A stretch of DNA of 64,000 bases from NCBI RefSeq assembly GCF_009914755.1, contig NC_060942.1; one strand, 5' to 3'. Below are positions 1 to 43,590 of this stretch, one piece after another. Position 1 is the first letter of the stretch. Every line of letters begins with the position of its first letter. The position numbers were made by a program, and so were the translations under genes. The stretch comes from the human T2T-CHM13v2.0 reference genome, Homo sapiens. The notes beneath the pieces are model-generated. The model saw nothing but the letters and a program-made list of their open reading frames with translations, was not told where the DNA came from and made no database searches.

Positions 1-123
1 TGAGGCAAGAAAAATCACTTGAACCCGGGAGGTGGAGGTTGCAGTGAACCAAGATCATGTCACTGCACTCCAGCTTGGCAGCAGAGCGAGGTTCTGTCTC
101 AAAAAAAAAAAAAAAAAAAAAAA
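1..123 (+). mobile_element. Alu right arm with poly(A) (5' truncated by window edge)
   Basis: gaggttgcagtga...cactccagc...A-tail. Confidence 0.9.
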
Positions 124-158
124 GGATATTATATAGTGGTAAGAAAATAATAACAGGG

Positions 159-585
159 TGTACTGGGTTAAATAACATTCCTTCAAAAATGCCTGTCCAC
201 CTGGAACCTCAGAACGTGGCCTTATTTGGAAACAGGGTTTTTACAGATGTAATTAGTTAAAAAGAGGTCACTCTGGAGTAGAGTGGGCCCTAAATCCAAA
301 ACTCAGTGTCCTCCTAAGATGAGAGTACACAGAGAGACACAGAAAGAGGCTGGCTGTGCACACACGGAGGCAGAGACTGGAAGGACACAGTCACAGCAAA
401 GGACTGCTGCCAACACCAGAAGCTGGAGGGGCAGGAAGGACCCTCCCCTAGAGCCTGCAGACGGAGCCCAGCCCTGCCAACACGTGATTTAGGTTTCTGG
501 CCTCTAAAACTGTGGGAGAATAAAGTCCTGGTGTTTGGCCCCCGGTTTGGGATGCTTTGTTCCAGCAGCCTGAGGAAGCTAGTGG
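159..585 (+). mobile_element. MLT1-type MaLR solo LTR
   Basis: ggaacctcagaacgtggccttatttggaaacaggg...gatgtaattagttaa...aactgtgggagaataaa. Confidence 0.7.
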
Positions 586-3500
586 AGACCGATGGGAAAG
601 CCCCGCCCTCTCCTCGAATCTGCCTTGTTCTCGACTTTACATTTGTTGGACTTTTGTTCAAAGCCAAAAGGTGGCCTGAGATGCCATCGCCAGAGGTGGC
701 CAAGCCCTGGAGTCCACCCCCGCCTTTAACCGGGGACCTTGGTTCACAGGCACCAAGGACGCCTAAAGCCTGGCACTTTGAAGTCAAAGTAATTTTGCTG
801 TGAGCTGAATGTGTAAGATGACACTTTAAAGGCTGTGTACGTAATTACAGGTTTCTAGAAAAGAAACGTGTTATTTGGTGCTGTCTGCATTTTGGTGTCT
901 CCACCTTGGCCCACGGTCCCACCAAAACCCTGCCAGGCTCTCCTCTCCTGACTCCGTGAGAAATCTCTGCTCTCCTCCTCGCCACCCCTCCTCTGTCCCC
1001 AGTCCACGTCTCTCTCAACTCCCCACTCCCTCCGACCCTCCTCCTCCTCTCTGCTGTTCTGCGGCCGGAACATCTTAATTTCACGTGCTGCCCCCTGAGA
1101 TTGTACAGTCTCCCCTGCAGGTATTCTGTAAATATCCTATCGACACTTTTACACAAAAATCACTCAAATGAGATTTAAAGGAAGAAGAGCCAGTGGCTCT
1201 GGTGTGGCCACAGCTACGATATCTCCAAAGGAGAATGTTCGCCTTGGGTTTTGGCTCCAGCGTCAGGCACAGCCTCATGGATCCCTTAGGATTTACACCT
1301 CTCACCCCTCAAAACCGAGAGCCATGCCCTGTTTCCCCATTGGAAACACGCTTTTGCCTCCGAGGAACTCAAAGCCCAGCCTTGTCTGATGACACCACTG
1401 TCCCTGGTAGAGTATACTTCAATGTATCGATTTAACTGTCACGAGATTCTGGCCTGTTGGAGAAATAACTGAAATCACTGGTTATTTCATTCACTCTTTT
1501 TGGTCATTGTTGTTTGACTGGCTCTGTCATTGTGCTACAAGCCACTGTTACGTTTCTAGATGATGGAAGGTTCCGGAAGTAGTGCAAAGTGGTGCTGTGC
1601 TGTCTCTCTGGCTGATGTCTGGCGAGGCTCAGATCCCTGTCCAGACTGTGGGGAGTAAAAGTGTCTGAAGGCGCATTGTTCCCGTTACCATCACACCAGC
1701 CTCATACCCTGACACTGCGAGCTTTCTCTTCCCCACCGCCTACCCACGAGGACCCCAGACACAGGTGGGAGCACCGAGGGCCCACCCTAGCGGCTTGGTT
1801 GCTGGACTAGCTGTCTTCTGCCCAGGAGAGAAGACGCTGTACAGTGCCTTGGGCTGTGACGTGCCAGATGCGGTACTGTCTCGTGCCACCCCCCTTAAGG
1901 TGCTTGGTAGGTGCCACATGCCGTATTCTCTCGTGCCACCCCCCTGAGGGCACATAGTAGGTCCCACTGTCCCTGCTTCAGAGCCTGTGTCCTGAGCCAG
2001 CCAGTTCCTAAGTGCTAGTGCCTGAGCTCTAGGCCAGCTCTCCCTGCAAACCACGGAAACACCCACCCCGTGACTGGCACTCAATTCCTCAATTCCTCCT
2101 CCATCCCCTGGCTTCGGCAGTCTCTGACTTCTTGCAGCTCTGCTCAGCGTTCAAGGAGCAGCTCTGTTAGGATCCTAGCGAACTGGGTAAACTTTGTTAG
2201 TATTTCCAGCCATTTCACGTGGTGTGTGGCCTCACATTCTGGGAATGAGTCTAAGCTGAACTTGGCCTCAGGCATTGTTCTTCTCCAGGGTCAAGCTCAC
2301 AGGTTAGGCTGGACTAGAGGATGATGGAGGGACTCACAGTTCTTGAGACTTTCTGGGGAATTTTGCTCCCTGGAGTTTCTCCAGGATGCTGGCTGAAGGA
2401 AACCACGCCCTTGCTGACTCCTCCATGGGGACTTGCCGCCACAGTGAGTTAATCAATCTGCAGGAGCCACGTTGGCTCAGCTCCGTGCCTACAGGAAATC
2501 AACAGAATCCAGAAAAACCCATTTTTGTTGTTTGTTTAAAATCCTGTGATGGTGAGATAAGCTAGGCTAATAAAACATTCTTTTCTGTGTTATAACAAAT
2601 TCATCAGAGCAGACCCAGCACAGAGCAACCTCTATAAAACAATCCCACAAGGACTCTAGACTAGGAGGGCAATAGAATTCTCAGCTTCCAGGATGACTGA
2701 CGGTCACTGAGGTTTCTTCCCCTGAACAAGGGTCTGGCTGATTGGCCATTGTATGGACACCAAGGACCCACCCTTGGCCTGAGGCTTTGTGGGGGGTGGA
2801 GGCAAGAGTGCTTTCTTTCATTTTCTATTCTTTCTTCTGTTCAACACCCAAAATAAACAAAAACAACCAGTGCAGAAGTGGGGTTTTCCCACAGCACCCC
2901 TGCTCCATCCTCCTTTAGGGATGCCTGCTCCTTTCCTGGCAGGAGACAGAAGTGTCCTTCATTAAAGTATCCCAGGCCACTGTCAAGACCTCCATCAGCT
3001 AAGCCCACAGGGCATGCAACTCTCCAGTTGTTAGCAAGAGCTAGGAGGGAGGTGGAGGCGAAGCCAGTGCCAGTGTCTGCTGGAAGCTCAGGCAGCTGTG
3101 GGAGGAGAAAGAGGAGAACAAGATGTCAAGACACTAAGAAGACTCAGGAAGTGCCCCAGGACGTCTCGCTTCGGGGGAAGGACAGGTTGTGATGGTAACA
3201 CAGCAGAGGATGTAAACCTCCCGCTAAGAGTTACAGTATTTAGAGAAAAGACTCAGCACAGGGGCACTTGGAACTTTTGTTCCAAATCTAAAAATCTAAG
3301 AATAACCACCTGGAATAAACACAGGCCTATGCAGCAAGTGGGGTTCCCCTCAGGGTCCCATAGCCAGTGGGAGCTTACCACCCTCAGCTGGGCAACCGCC
3401 TACCCCCGCCGAAAAGACTCTCTCAGTCCAGGACTCACCCTGCGCATCCCTAACCCCAGCCCCCGCAAGCGCAACTTCCTGTTCTTCAGCTCCTCTTTCT

Positions 3501-4420
3501 TCTTTTTGCAAGGTCAAAAGCCAGGAATAACCTTTCGACATCCCTAGATTTTCAATGGGTGATGAGAGTTTGGATCTGTGTCCCTGCCAAATCTCATGTT
3601 GAGATGTGATCCCCAATGTTGGAGTTGGGGCTTGGTGGGAGGTGTTTGGGTCATGGGAGTGGGTCCCTCCTGGCTTGGTGCTGTCCTCACAATAGTGAGT
3701 GAATTCTTGCAAGATCTGGTTGTTTAAAAGTGTGTGGTGCTTCCTGCTCTTGCTCACATTCTTGCCATGTGAGGAGCCTGCTCTCTCTTCACCTTACACC
3801 ATGGGTAAAAGCTCCTTGAGGCCTCCCCAGAAGCTGAGCAGATGCCGGCACCATGCTTATACAGCCTTCAGAACCATGAGCCAATTACACCTCTTTTCTT
3901 TATAAACTACTCAGCCTCAGGTATTCCTTTATAGCACTGCAAGAACAGCCTAACACAGAAAAGTGGTACTGAGGAGTGGGGCATCGCTATAAAGATACCT
4001 GAAAATGTGGAGGCAACTTCGGAACTCAGTAACAGACAGAGGTTGGAAGAGTTTGGAGAGCTCAGAAGAAAACAGGAAGATGAGGGAAAGTTTGCAACTT
4101 CTTAGAGACTGGTTAATGGTTGTGACCAAACTGCTGATAGTGATGTGTGCAGTGAAGTCCAGGCTGATGTGGTCTCAGATGGAAAAACTGATTGGGAACT
4201 GGAGCAAAGCTCACCCATGTTATGCCTTAGCAAAGAGCTTGGCTGCATTGTGTTCATGCCCTAAGGATCTGTGGAATTTGAACTTAAGAGTGATGACTTA
4301 GGGTATCTGGCAGAAGAAATTTCTAAGTAGCAGTGTTCAAGATGTGACCTGGCTGCTTCTAACAACTTATGTTCAGGTGTGGAAGTAAAGAAATGACTTA
4401 AAGTTGGAATTTATATTTAA

Positions 4421-4917
<497 letters not shown>

Positions 4918-5929
4918 TTAAAAGGAAAGCAGAGCATAAAGTTTGGGAAATTTTCAGCCTGGCCATGTGGCAGAGAAAGAAAAATCATTACCAGGAGAGG
5001 AATTTGAACAGGTTGCAGAGCAACCACTTGCTAGAGAGACTTGCGTGACTAAAAGGTAGCCAAGTGTTAAAAGCCAAAAAAAATGAGAACAAGGTCTTGA
5101 TGGCATTTCAGAGACCTTTGAGGAAGCCCCTCTCACCACAGGCCCAGAGGCCTAGGAGGACTAAATGGTTCCATGGGCCAGACCTGGGACAGCACTGCTC
5201 TGTACAGCCTCAGAAGGCTCCAGTTGTGGCTCAAAGGGCCCCAGATACAGCTCAGGCCACTGCTTCAGAACATGCAAGCTGTAAGCCTTGGCAGCTTCCA
5301 CATGGTGTTAAGCCTACAGACACACAGAGTGCAAGAGTAAGGGAGGCTTGCCAGCCTCTACCTAGATTTCAGAGAATGTATGAGAAAGCCTCAGTGCCTA
5401 GAAAGAACCTAGAGGTGGAGGGGTGGAGCCCTCACAGAGAGCCTCTACTAGGACAGGTCAAAAGGAAACTATGGGGTTGGAGTCCCCACATAGGGTCCCC
5501 ACTGGGGCACTACCTAATGAAGCTGTGAGAAGGGGGCCATCATTCTCCAGACCCCAGAATGGTAGATCCACTGGCAGCTTACATCCTAACCTTGGAAAAG
5601 CCATAGCGGTGGAGCTTCCCAAGGCCTTGGGAGCCCACCCCTTGCAGCAAAGTGCCCTGGATGTGGGACATGGAGTCAAAGGAGATTATTTTGGAGCTTT
5701 AAGATTTAATGACACTCTGCTGGGTTTTACACTTGCATGGGGACTGGAGCCCCTTTCTTTTGACTGATTTCTCCCTTTTGGAGTGGGAACATTTACCCAA
5801 TGCCTCTACCCTGATTGTATCTTGGAAGTAAATAACTTGTTTTGATTTTACAGGCTCATAGGTGAGAGGAACTCATCTCCAGATGAGATTTTGGACTTGG
5901 GAGTTTGGAGCTAATGCTGGAATGAGTGA

Positions 5930-6282
<353 letters not shown>

Positions 6283-6744
6283 CATTATTGTATTTTGCAA
6301 TGTGAGAAAGACATGAGATTTGAGGGGCCAGTGACAGAATGATACAGTTTGGATACGTGTCCCCGCCTAACTCTCATGTCGAAATGTAATCCTCAATGTT
6401 GGAGGTGGAGTCTGGCGGGAGGTATTTAGGTGCTGTCCTTGCAATAGTGAGTTTATGCAAGACTGGTTGTTTAAAGTGTGTGGCACCTCCCCGATCCCTC
6501 TTGCGCCTGCTCTGGCCACATGACCTGCCTGTTCCTGCTTCACCTTCTGCCATGAGTAAAAGTTCCTTGAGACCTCCTCACAAGGTGAGCTGATGCTGGC
6601 ACCATGCTTCCTGTACAGCCTGCAGAACTGTGAGCCAATTAACCCTATTTTTTTTTAATAAATTACCCCACCACAGGCATTTCTTTATAGCAATACAAGA
6701 ATAGCCTAATACAGATAACTAGTTCAAGGTCAAGCACAACTGTA

Positions 6745-6769
6745 ACACACACACACACACACACACACA
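6745..6769. repeat. (CA)n microsatellite
   Basis: Direct inspection. Confidence 0.85.
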
Positions 6770-7639
6770 AACAAAAACAGAGGCATGGAGGAACAGGAGA
6801 AAAATGGATGGAGTCTCAGATCCCACTCAGATGGTGAAGGCGGGATTCATGTCCAAAGTCAATGTCCATGAACCTGGACAGCAAATTGACTATAGCAGGC
6901 TGCCCTGCTCTGTGGGGAAAAGGGAGGGAGAGGAGGAAATTCATTAAGGGAGGGAAGATGAAGTCGTGCACTTCCCCTTGTCAGACCCCTGCTGTCAGGG
7001 CCACTGTCAGGTCAGGGCATCAGGTCAGTCTTTTATTCGAGACCAGGGCTAAGCTGCTCTCCCCAGGCCAGAGGAGGAGGAGATTCCTGCTGAATCTGAA
7101 CTATTCTCTCCTAACAACAATCATTGTTTTCATATTTTTTTCCTGCAGCTTATTTCCTTCTTCCAACTGTCCTTTTTTATTTTTCACTGTAGAGGAACAC
7201 CAAATAATTTTTTTAATGGAACTTGTCTGAAGGAAAAATAAAAGCTCAAATGTTAATGTAGATGGATCAATTGGATCGATTGCGAAAAAAAAAAACAAAA
7301 AAAAAACCAGTAGCCACTGTTGTCTCCAAGAGCCTTTATTGAAGCCTTCCTCACACCTGAGCTCCCTCTCCGGCTACTGGAGGGCCAGAGGAGTCTCTCC
7401 CACTGGCTTCATCTGCCGCCCCTGGCTCCTGGCTAAGTCCCACAGAGCTGGGCTGGATCTGGCTTCAGCCTTCTGAGTGCAGGGTAGCCAGGGAGTTCAT
7501 GAGTGGCTCATCAGCACCACCTACTGGACGCAGTTCTTACCTTGACCTTGCTTTTAACCACTGTATAGCTTCCTCTATCTACAGTTCTCATATTCAATAA
7601 TATATTTGTATTGTCAAATGAGTAGTTATAGCTATGATT

Positions 7640-9015
7640 ATTTTTAAAATGACTGTATTGTGATATAATTCTTATACCTTACAACTGGCCCATTTAAAGT
7701 GTGTAATTTTAATGGCTTTTAGTTTATTCAGAATTGTACAACCATTGCCACAATTGGTTTTATAACATTTTCATCACCCCAAATTCATTAGCACTCCCTT
7801 CCTATTTTCCCACTGGGTAACCACCAATCTACTTTCTGTCTCTATGAAGTTACCTACTCTAGACTGTTACGTAAATGGAATCACAATACATGGCCGTTGT
7901 GTCTGGTTTATTTCACTTAGCACAATGTGTTCAAAGTTTGTCTACACTGTAGCATGTACCAGTACTTCATTCCTTTTTATGTAAGATAAAAATCATTTTG
8001 TATAGCCAAATAATATTTCAGTGAAATATACCACATTTTATTTATCCATTCATTCATTAATGAACATTTGTCTTGTTTCTGCCTTTTGGCTACTATGAAT
8101 AATGCCGCTATAAACATCCACTTACCAGTTTTTGTGTGAACATATGTTTTCACTTGTCTTGGATATGTACTCAGGAATAGAATTGCTGGGTCATATGGTG
8201 ACTCTATGTTTAATTGATCAAGGAACTTTCCGACTGTTTTCCACAGTGGCTGTAGGCTTTTGCGTTCCCATCAGCAGTACATGAAGTTTCCAATTTCTCT
8301 ACATCTTTGTCAAAACTCATTAGTGTCTGGCTTTTTAATTCTAGCCATCATAGAGGGTAGGAAGTTGTGTCTCATGTAGTTTGATTTGTGTTTTCCTGAT
8401 GGCTAATCATGCTGAGCCTAAACTTTCCATGTGTTTATTGGCCATTTGCATATTTTCTTTGAGGAAATGTTTATTCAAATCCTTTGCACATTTTTAATTG
8501 GGCTGTCTTTTATTATTGAACTGTAATTGTCATTTATAGTCTCAACATAAGTCCTTTATCAGATATATGATTTGCAATCCCTCCCCCCACATTCTACGTG
8601 TTGTCTTTTCATTTTCTTGATGGTGTTCTTTGGTGCACAAATGTTTTTATTTTTGATGAAGTCCAATTTATCGATCCTGTCTTTTGGTGTCATATCTAAG
8701 AAACCATCACCTCATCCAAAGGTAGGAAGATTTACAGCTATTTTTTTTTAAGAGTTGTATGGTTTTAGTACTTTCATTTAGGTCTTTGATCATTTTGGGT
8801 TAGTTCTTATATATGGTGTGAGGAAGGGGGTGAAACTTTATCATTTGCTTGTGGATATCCTATTCTGCCAGCACTATTTATTGAAAAGACTGTTTTCCCC
8901 CATTGAATGATCTCCGCACCCTCGATGAAAATCAGTTGATCATAAATGTGAGGATTTATTTCTGGATTTTCGGTTCTATCCAATTGATATGTATGTGTGT
9001 CCTTAAGCCAGTTCA
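7640..9015 (-). mobile_element. L1M (L1MB-like) 3' fragment including ORF2 C-terminal remnant
   Basis: ORF 8807-9016 (ENPEINPHIYDQLIF...IQWGK) resembles L1 ORF2; L1M 3' UTR text follows. Confidence 0.85.
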
Positions 9016-11084
9016 CTCTCCAGAATATTTATAACTATTCTTAAACTTCACAATTTCCTCTCGATTATTATCCAGCAAAATTCAGACCCTTATTAGAACG
9101 TTTTGATACATTCTCCTACTTCAAAATGAGGAAACTTCCAGAGGTTAAAACTTCTGCCCTGAATGCCTGCCCTTCTCCAAGCTTACCCTTCCTTCCCATC
9201 AGTGTTCAGCACCAGTTTCCTCCAAGATGCTGCTGTTGACCATCCCCACCCCATGATGGGACATGGTCTGCGTTTCATGGCACATCTTACTGCTTTCCTG
9301 ACAGCTGGTGAGCTCTCTGTCCTCTCAGAGCCACACATTTTTCTATAGCTCTTTGGTTGGGTCCTCGGCCACTGTGAGGCTCCCAGTCCCTGATGACAGC
9401 TGAGGAAATTCAGGCTCAGAGAGGTACCCGAAGGAGTACAGCTGGGATCTGGCAGGGCTGAACTTGGTGTTGGCCCTCCTGACTATTAGGCCTGTGGTCT
9501 CCCCGTGATGCCACCCCGACTGCACTGCTTTATCCACATGCCCTCTTCCAGCATTGACTCTCACTCTGCCACTTTGTTTTGTGAACACAGGTTCTCTGTG
9601 GTCACTCAGATTTTATGCCAGCTGAATCCTAGCTGAAAAGTTCTTGAAGCCTGAACATCCCTGTAGCATTTCAGTGCTGATCTGACAGAAGGTAGAACAG
9701 CCTGGGAGTGGCTTTCCTTTTGGGCATGGGATGGATTGACCCCAGGTGCTGAGTGACACTCTGGTTAGGGAGATGCACTCTTTATTGCCGTCTGGGACAT
9801 TTTCAGTAGGACCAGATGTTTTGTTGGAAGTGAATTCCTAGAAGAGACAGAACACAGCTCCCTGTGCACAAATTCATTTCAGATGCACTGTGCAATGTGT
9901 TGGGGGGCTCGTCAGTTTGGATGCTCCCCAGCTCACCTTCACTCTATGGGGGCTTGAGGCCAAGGGATGGGCAGGAGCATGGAGGAAGATTCAGCAATGC
10001 ATTTGGGAACACATGGGAAGTGATGGAGGGGCCCTGCATGGTACCCCAACAAGGGAGGAGGTCTGGTGGGAGAAGCAGGTGGGCTCCACCATGTAAGACC
10101 TGGGAGCCATGGGGATATTTGCTTTACCCCAAGGGCAATGGGACCTCTTGGAAGAGTTAAAACAGGGAGTCTTGCGATCTGCCCCACCTTTAAAAAGATC
10201 ACCCAGGCTGCTTTGTGGAGGGTGGATTAGAGGAAGCCATGAAAATGACAGAATGAAAAGTGAAATATTCAACCAACTGCTTTTCAAACAGCCTTGCAGA
10301 TGCTCCATTGTAAAATAAGCAACATCGGCGGGGCCACACCCATGATGAGCGTCCTCTCAAGGATGCTCTTGAGCACATCTCTCTCTCAAGGTCTCGGGGA
10401 TGGCACTGAGACTTCACCAGCCTAGTTCCCCTTGTTCTCCCCGCAACCCCTGCTCACCTCCACCTACGGAAAGGTGGGCATTTGAAGAATCATAGATTAA
10501 ACAAGTCAGAATTTGATAACGTAAAACATCTCAAACATTTAAAACAATAAAAGATGGGATTCCAGAGACAAAAATAACAGAGACAGGCTGGGTTAAACTC
10601 TCCCCTCCTTCCTCCTGCTGCAGGAGGGTGGGTTTGGCTTCTAAAGTGGAGCCCAGCTGGTCTCCTGGGGATAGCTGGTGGCTTTCCTAGCCAAGAACCT
10701 GACGTAGGCGGTCTGACCAAGGGCTGCAGCCCCCTTGGCCCTTCCCAGCCCTCGCTCCCTCCCTCCTCTTCTCCAGCCCGCCTCTGATGGCTCGGGCTGC
10801 ACTGGGGGAGATGTTGCTGATGGCCCCTCCAGATGTGCAGGTGGCCCCTGGGTCTGATGCTGGCAGCTCCCACTCCAGACAGGGCTCTGGGGGGCCTCTG
10901 TGAAGGGGTGACCTTGCCCACTTTGCCACAGGACCTTCCTGTCAGGGGTCAAGGAGGAATGCTGGCTCTTAGGCTCCCAAGGACACCCAGGTGGAGTCAT
11001 CCCAGAGGTGGACGGGCTGGGGAGACTGAGAAGGGTTCAGGGAGGGGAAAGGAGGGAGGAGACAGGGTTGTGGTTGGGTCTCTC

Positions 11085-11200
11085 AGAGATGGGGTTGCAC
11101 CATGTTGGCCAGGCTGGTCTTCAACTCCTGACCTCAAGTGATCCGCCCACCTCGACCTCCCAAAGTACTGGGATTACAGGCATGAACCACCACCTCAGAC
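11085..11200 (-). mobile_element. Alu left-arm fragment
   Basis: ccatgttggccaggctggtc...ctcccaaagtactgggattacaggc. Confidence 0.8.
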
Positions 11201-11712
11201 GTTTTTCTTCCTTTCCTGTTAAAGTACTGTGATTTCAGGAGCCAGTGGAAAGAAACCCCACAACACTGGATTTTAGGCATTGCTCAGAAATTCTTTTGTC
11301 TAATAGAGCAGTTCATCACACATGGAAGATTTTTGCGTGTTTGTTTTTGGTTCTGCCTTACTCTTTTCTCTCTTGTAAAGATCACCCTTCACTCCTGGGC
11401 AGCAGAACTGGGCCTCCCCAAGGGGCCAGGAGGAAACACCTTATCCTAGGAATAAACGGAATGATGTTATTTAAAGATGAGCTTGTTAACTTGGTTTTTG
11501 TCTTATTAAAATTCTTTAGCATTGGAAATAAAGTGTTTGGGGAAGGACGTAGCAAAAAATACATGTTTGGTTCTACCGCCTTGTGTTATTTTATTCCGAC
11601 TGACTGGAGGCAGCTGTGTGAGGTAACAGACCTTCTTGAGGAATTTGGAAGGTCCGAAGTCCAGCAACTGGCATTGATTTTCATTCGTTCCTCCCATGTC
11701 AAACCCTTCCAG

Positions 11713-39937
<28,225 letters not shown>

Positions 39938-40367
39938 TCACAAGAACCTTCTAGTCTGATCTGATCCACTGACAGATTCACCTCCCCCACATCCCTAGAC
40001 AGGGATGGAATGTAAATATCCAGAGAATTTGGGTCTAGTATAGTACATTTTCCCTTCCATTTAAAATGTCTTGGGATATCTGGATCAGTAATAAAATATT
40101 TCAAAGGCACAGATGTTGGAAATGGTTTAAGGTCCCCCACTGCACACCTTCCTCAAGTCATAGCTGCTTGCAGCAACTTGATTTCCCCAAGTCCTGTGCA
40201 ATAGCCCCAGGATTGGATTCCTTCCAACCTTTTAGCATATCTCCAACCTTGCAATTTGATTGGCATAATCACTCCAGTTTGCTTTCTAGGTCCTCAAGTG
40301 CTCGTGACACATAATCATTCCATCCAATGATCGCCTTTGCTTTACCACTCTTTCCTTTTATCTTATT

Positions 40368-40373
40368 AATAAA
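40368..40373 (+). terminator. Polyadenylation signal (proximal)
   Basis: AATAAA preceded by a U-rich tract, ~430 nt after the stop codon. Confidence 0.7.
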
Positions 40374-41087
40374 AATGTTGGTCTCCACCACTGACTACAA
40401 TGATTTCCCCATGGATTCATTTTCAGAGGAGTTACTAAGGCATGGTACTATATTAACCTCTTGCCTCCCCTTCATTTATTTTTTCCCACTTCTTGAAAAG
40501 TTCCGAAGCTGAAATGATCAATATTCATACCCATATGCCATTTGGGAGTCCTTGTGCAAAGATGAGTATTTTTTTTTTTATTCCAAGCTTCTTTACCTTT
40601 CCTGAGATCGATGCCACCTTGTCAGCTTCTCTGCCTCCCGTTCCTTCTTCCTGTCCCATCAGAAAAGGCCCACTCTCTCTCTATCCAACATCTGTGCACA
40701 GGTTGCACCAGAGCAGAATTTATCCTGATAGAATTTCTCTCACCCCATTGAAGTTTTACTCAATGACAACATCTAAATTGCTCAAAGCTTTTAATAGCAT
40801 CAGTTTTAGATAGAGAACTAATCAACCCTGACATCAGTAACACACGCTAAATTTAAAGCCATCAGCTAATGCTGCATTCATTAATCATTTTAGTTAACCA
40901 TCATGTTTGGCTTGATTGGATTTGACGGTGTAAACAACAAAAAAAGACAGTCATTTTTCTACAGTTGAGTGTATATAAACAAAATCAATCTTTATGAATT
41001 TATTATTTAAATCACATTAATGGAGAATCATTTAGGGGCTTATTAAAATTTTTTTCTATTATGACTCCAAATAAAAACAAAGCAGAG

Positions 41088-41424
<337 letters not shown>

Positions 41425-42563
41425 TCACTCTGTTGGTTCTTGAGATGTCAGTGTCAGTTTAAAAACGTGCTGTACCACCTTTAAAAGGACTGGAGCAGGC
41501 AGGCAGTGATTCAGTTCACCTTGACTCTAGTCATAGAAGTGGACCCAACTGAGAGCTCAACCTAGTTGTGGGCATTTGTGAAGGATTCCAGTTAGTGTTT
41601 TCTTTGGAAGCAGGAGGCTTCAAGCCATCACATCTCCAATTCTATAGAATATCAAGTCATCGTTAAAGAACAGCAGCAGGTGTTTGATATTTTGTGCTAT
41701 TAAGTGTAGTTTGCGCTCATCTAATTATGCAGAGTTTCGTGGTGTTTCTCGATTTTGTTGAACCTACCTGATGCATTTGGCACTGTAGATAAGGACTAAC
41801 AGTAAGAGAGATTTAGAGTCTTCATGTTAGTCCATTAACATAAGTTTATTATAAAATACACTGTAAGCATTTCTGGCTAATGTACCATCAGATTTAAGAA
41901 GTTACCCAACAATATGTATTCGCTGATCTTCATTCCTGCTGAATCTGAGACCAGCAGTGTCTCAATTATTACGTTGCTGCCAGGAGAGAAGGGGAGGAGA
42001 ATGAATAGTTATGGAAGTTGTAGAATCTAGGATATTCCAACCCTGGATTGCCAGAGTTCAGAGTCCATGTTTTTCTGTCACCCAGGGTCACGACTGGTCT
42101 CCCCAGCTCTTCCCTCCTGTTTTTCCACCCAATTCTAAGCCCTGTGGTGATCCAGACCCTACCCTGACGTGGGAGTCAGAAAGGAGTATCTTCCAAGCTC
42201 CTTGTACTCAAAGGGATAAAAGAAAGCTACTCAGTTGTTATTCAGATATATTAACCAGCCATATGGAGGCAAAAAAGGGAGAAATTTAAATATTTGTTTT
42301 TTAACATTTTAATGATGAAATATATGCACTTGGACAAAAATGATCACCCAGTAAAGTTGGGCGTACATTGTGGCATGCCCATCAGGGGGACTTTGTTGTA
42401 TTGGAGGAGGGCAATGTATCTGGCTTTGTTAGTAGACGTAGCGCATTAAAGCGTAACTATTGTGATAAGTTTAGGGGTTAGGAATATCATTTGAGTTTGG
42501 TAGATGCTTTTCTGGAAAACAATGAGGCTGGGAATGTTTCTGGCTTTATGTTGTATTCATAAA

Positions 42564-42569
42564 AATAAA
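42564..42569 (+). terminator. Polyadenylation signal (distal candidate)
   Basis: AATAAA with upstream TGTA and downstream GT-rich ggtgattgtgtg. Confidence 0.5.
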
Positions 42570-43590
42570 ATGTACTGGCTTGGAAACTTCGGTGATTGTG
42601 TGCCAGACAGTGCGAGAGCCCTGGTCAGTGACACTGTTCCTTTGCACTTGCTGCTGGGAGAAGGGAGTGAGCGAGGGCTCCCCCGAGGGCTTGCTCCCGG
42701 ACACTTCTCACTGTTCACACTCATGCTGGGAACTCCGTGGCCTTTGTACTCGCCAGATGCCCATGACTCCCAACCCAGCCCCCTCTTCCGAGAATCAGGC
42801 CCACCCATCTTCCTGCCCATTTCACATCTGAAACTCTACTCACCTAGTATGAAAACTTCCATCCATTCCTCGAGACTGTTACCCCTCTGGTGCTCCCTAC
42901 CTTGGTAAGTGGACCATCGGCTAGTTGATAGCAGAGCCCTGCATCGTCTTCCACACTTCCCTCTCTTTCCAATGCAATTCAATATCAGGGCCAGTCCAGC
43001 CCGTTTCTCAAAAGCCACCACTTCCTTCTAGTTCCACTGTCACCTCGCATAGCTCATAAGCCAACACTCTTCAGTTTTGCTGGGTTATTGCAGAGGCCCC
43101 TAACCAGCCACTGCTTACACGACAGCCCCTCTCACTGTACATGCCATGCGGCAACTGGCTTGTCCCTCTCACCCTGCTTAAAGCTCTCAACTGGCGACAT
43201 GGTCTGAGGATGAAGTCAGACATCCCAAGAAGGTCTACAAGTCCGGCTCAACCTGCTCTCTGCTTACTCTTCTGGCTTGCTCTGCCCTCACTAGATACAC
43301 CCTGACAACCCCATCCTTCAAATCCTCCCAGTTTCGCAAACATCCAAGAGCTTCCCTGCCTCAGAGCCTTCTCAGAGTCTCTCCCTCCTCCAGCAACACC
43401 CTTACAACCCACTTGGTGTCACTAATACCCCTCCCACCCACCCTCCACATTATTCTTCAAATCTCAGCTTAGTCGTAATTTTTCAGGGAAGCTTTTTCTT
43501 ATTCCTCATGAGTAAGTGAGGTGTCCCTATTATGCTACCATAGTCTCCATAGTTCCTTTGTCGCATTTATTATCATTGCCATTAAATACT

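Noticed and set aside
7236-7306. AATAAA followed by an A-rich tract, suggesting a processed pseudogene end
   Set aside because: Spacing of ~45 nt is atypical, and I found no TSD or recognisable parent gene
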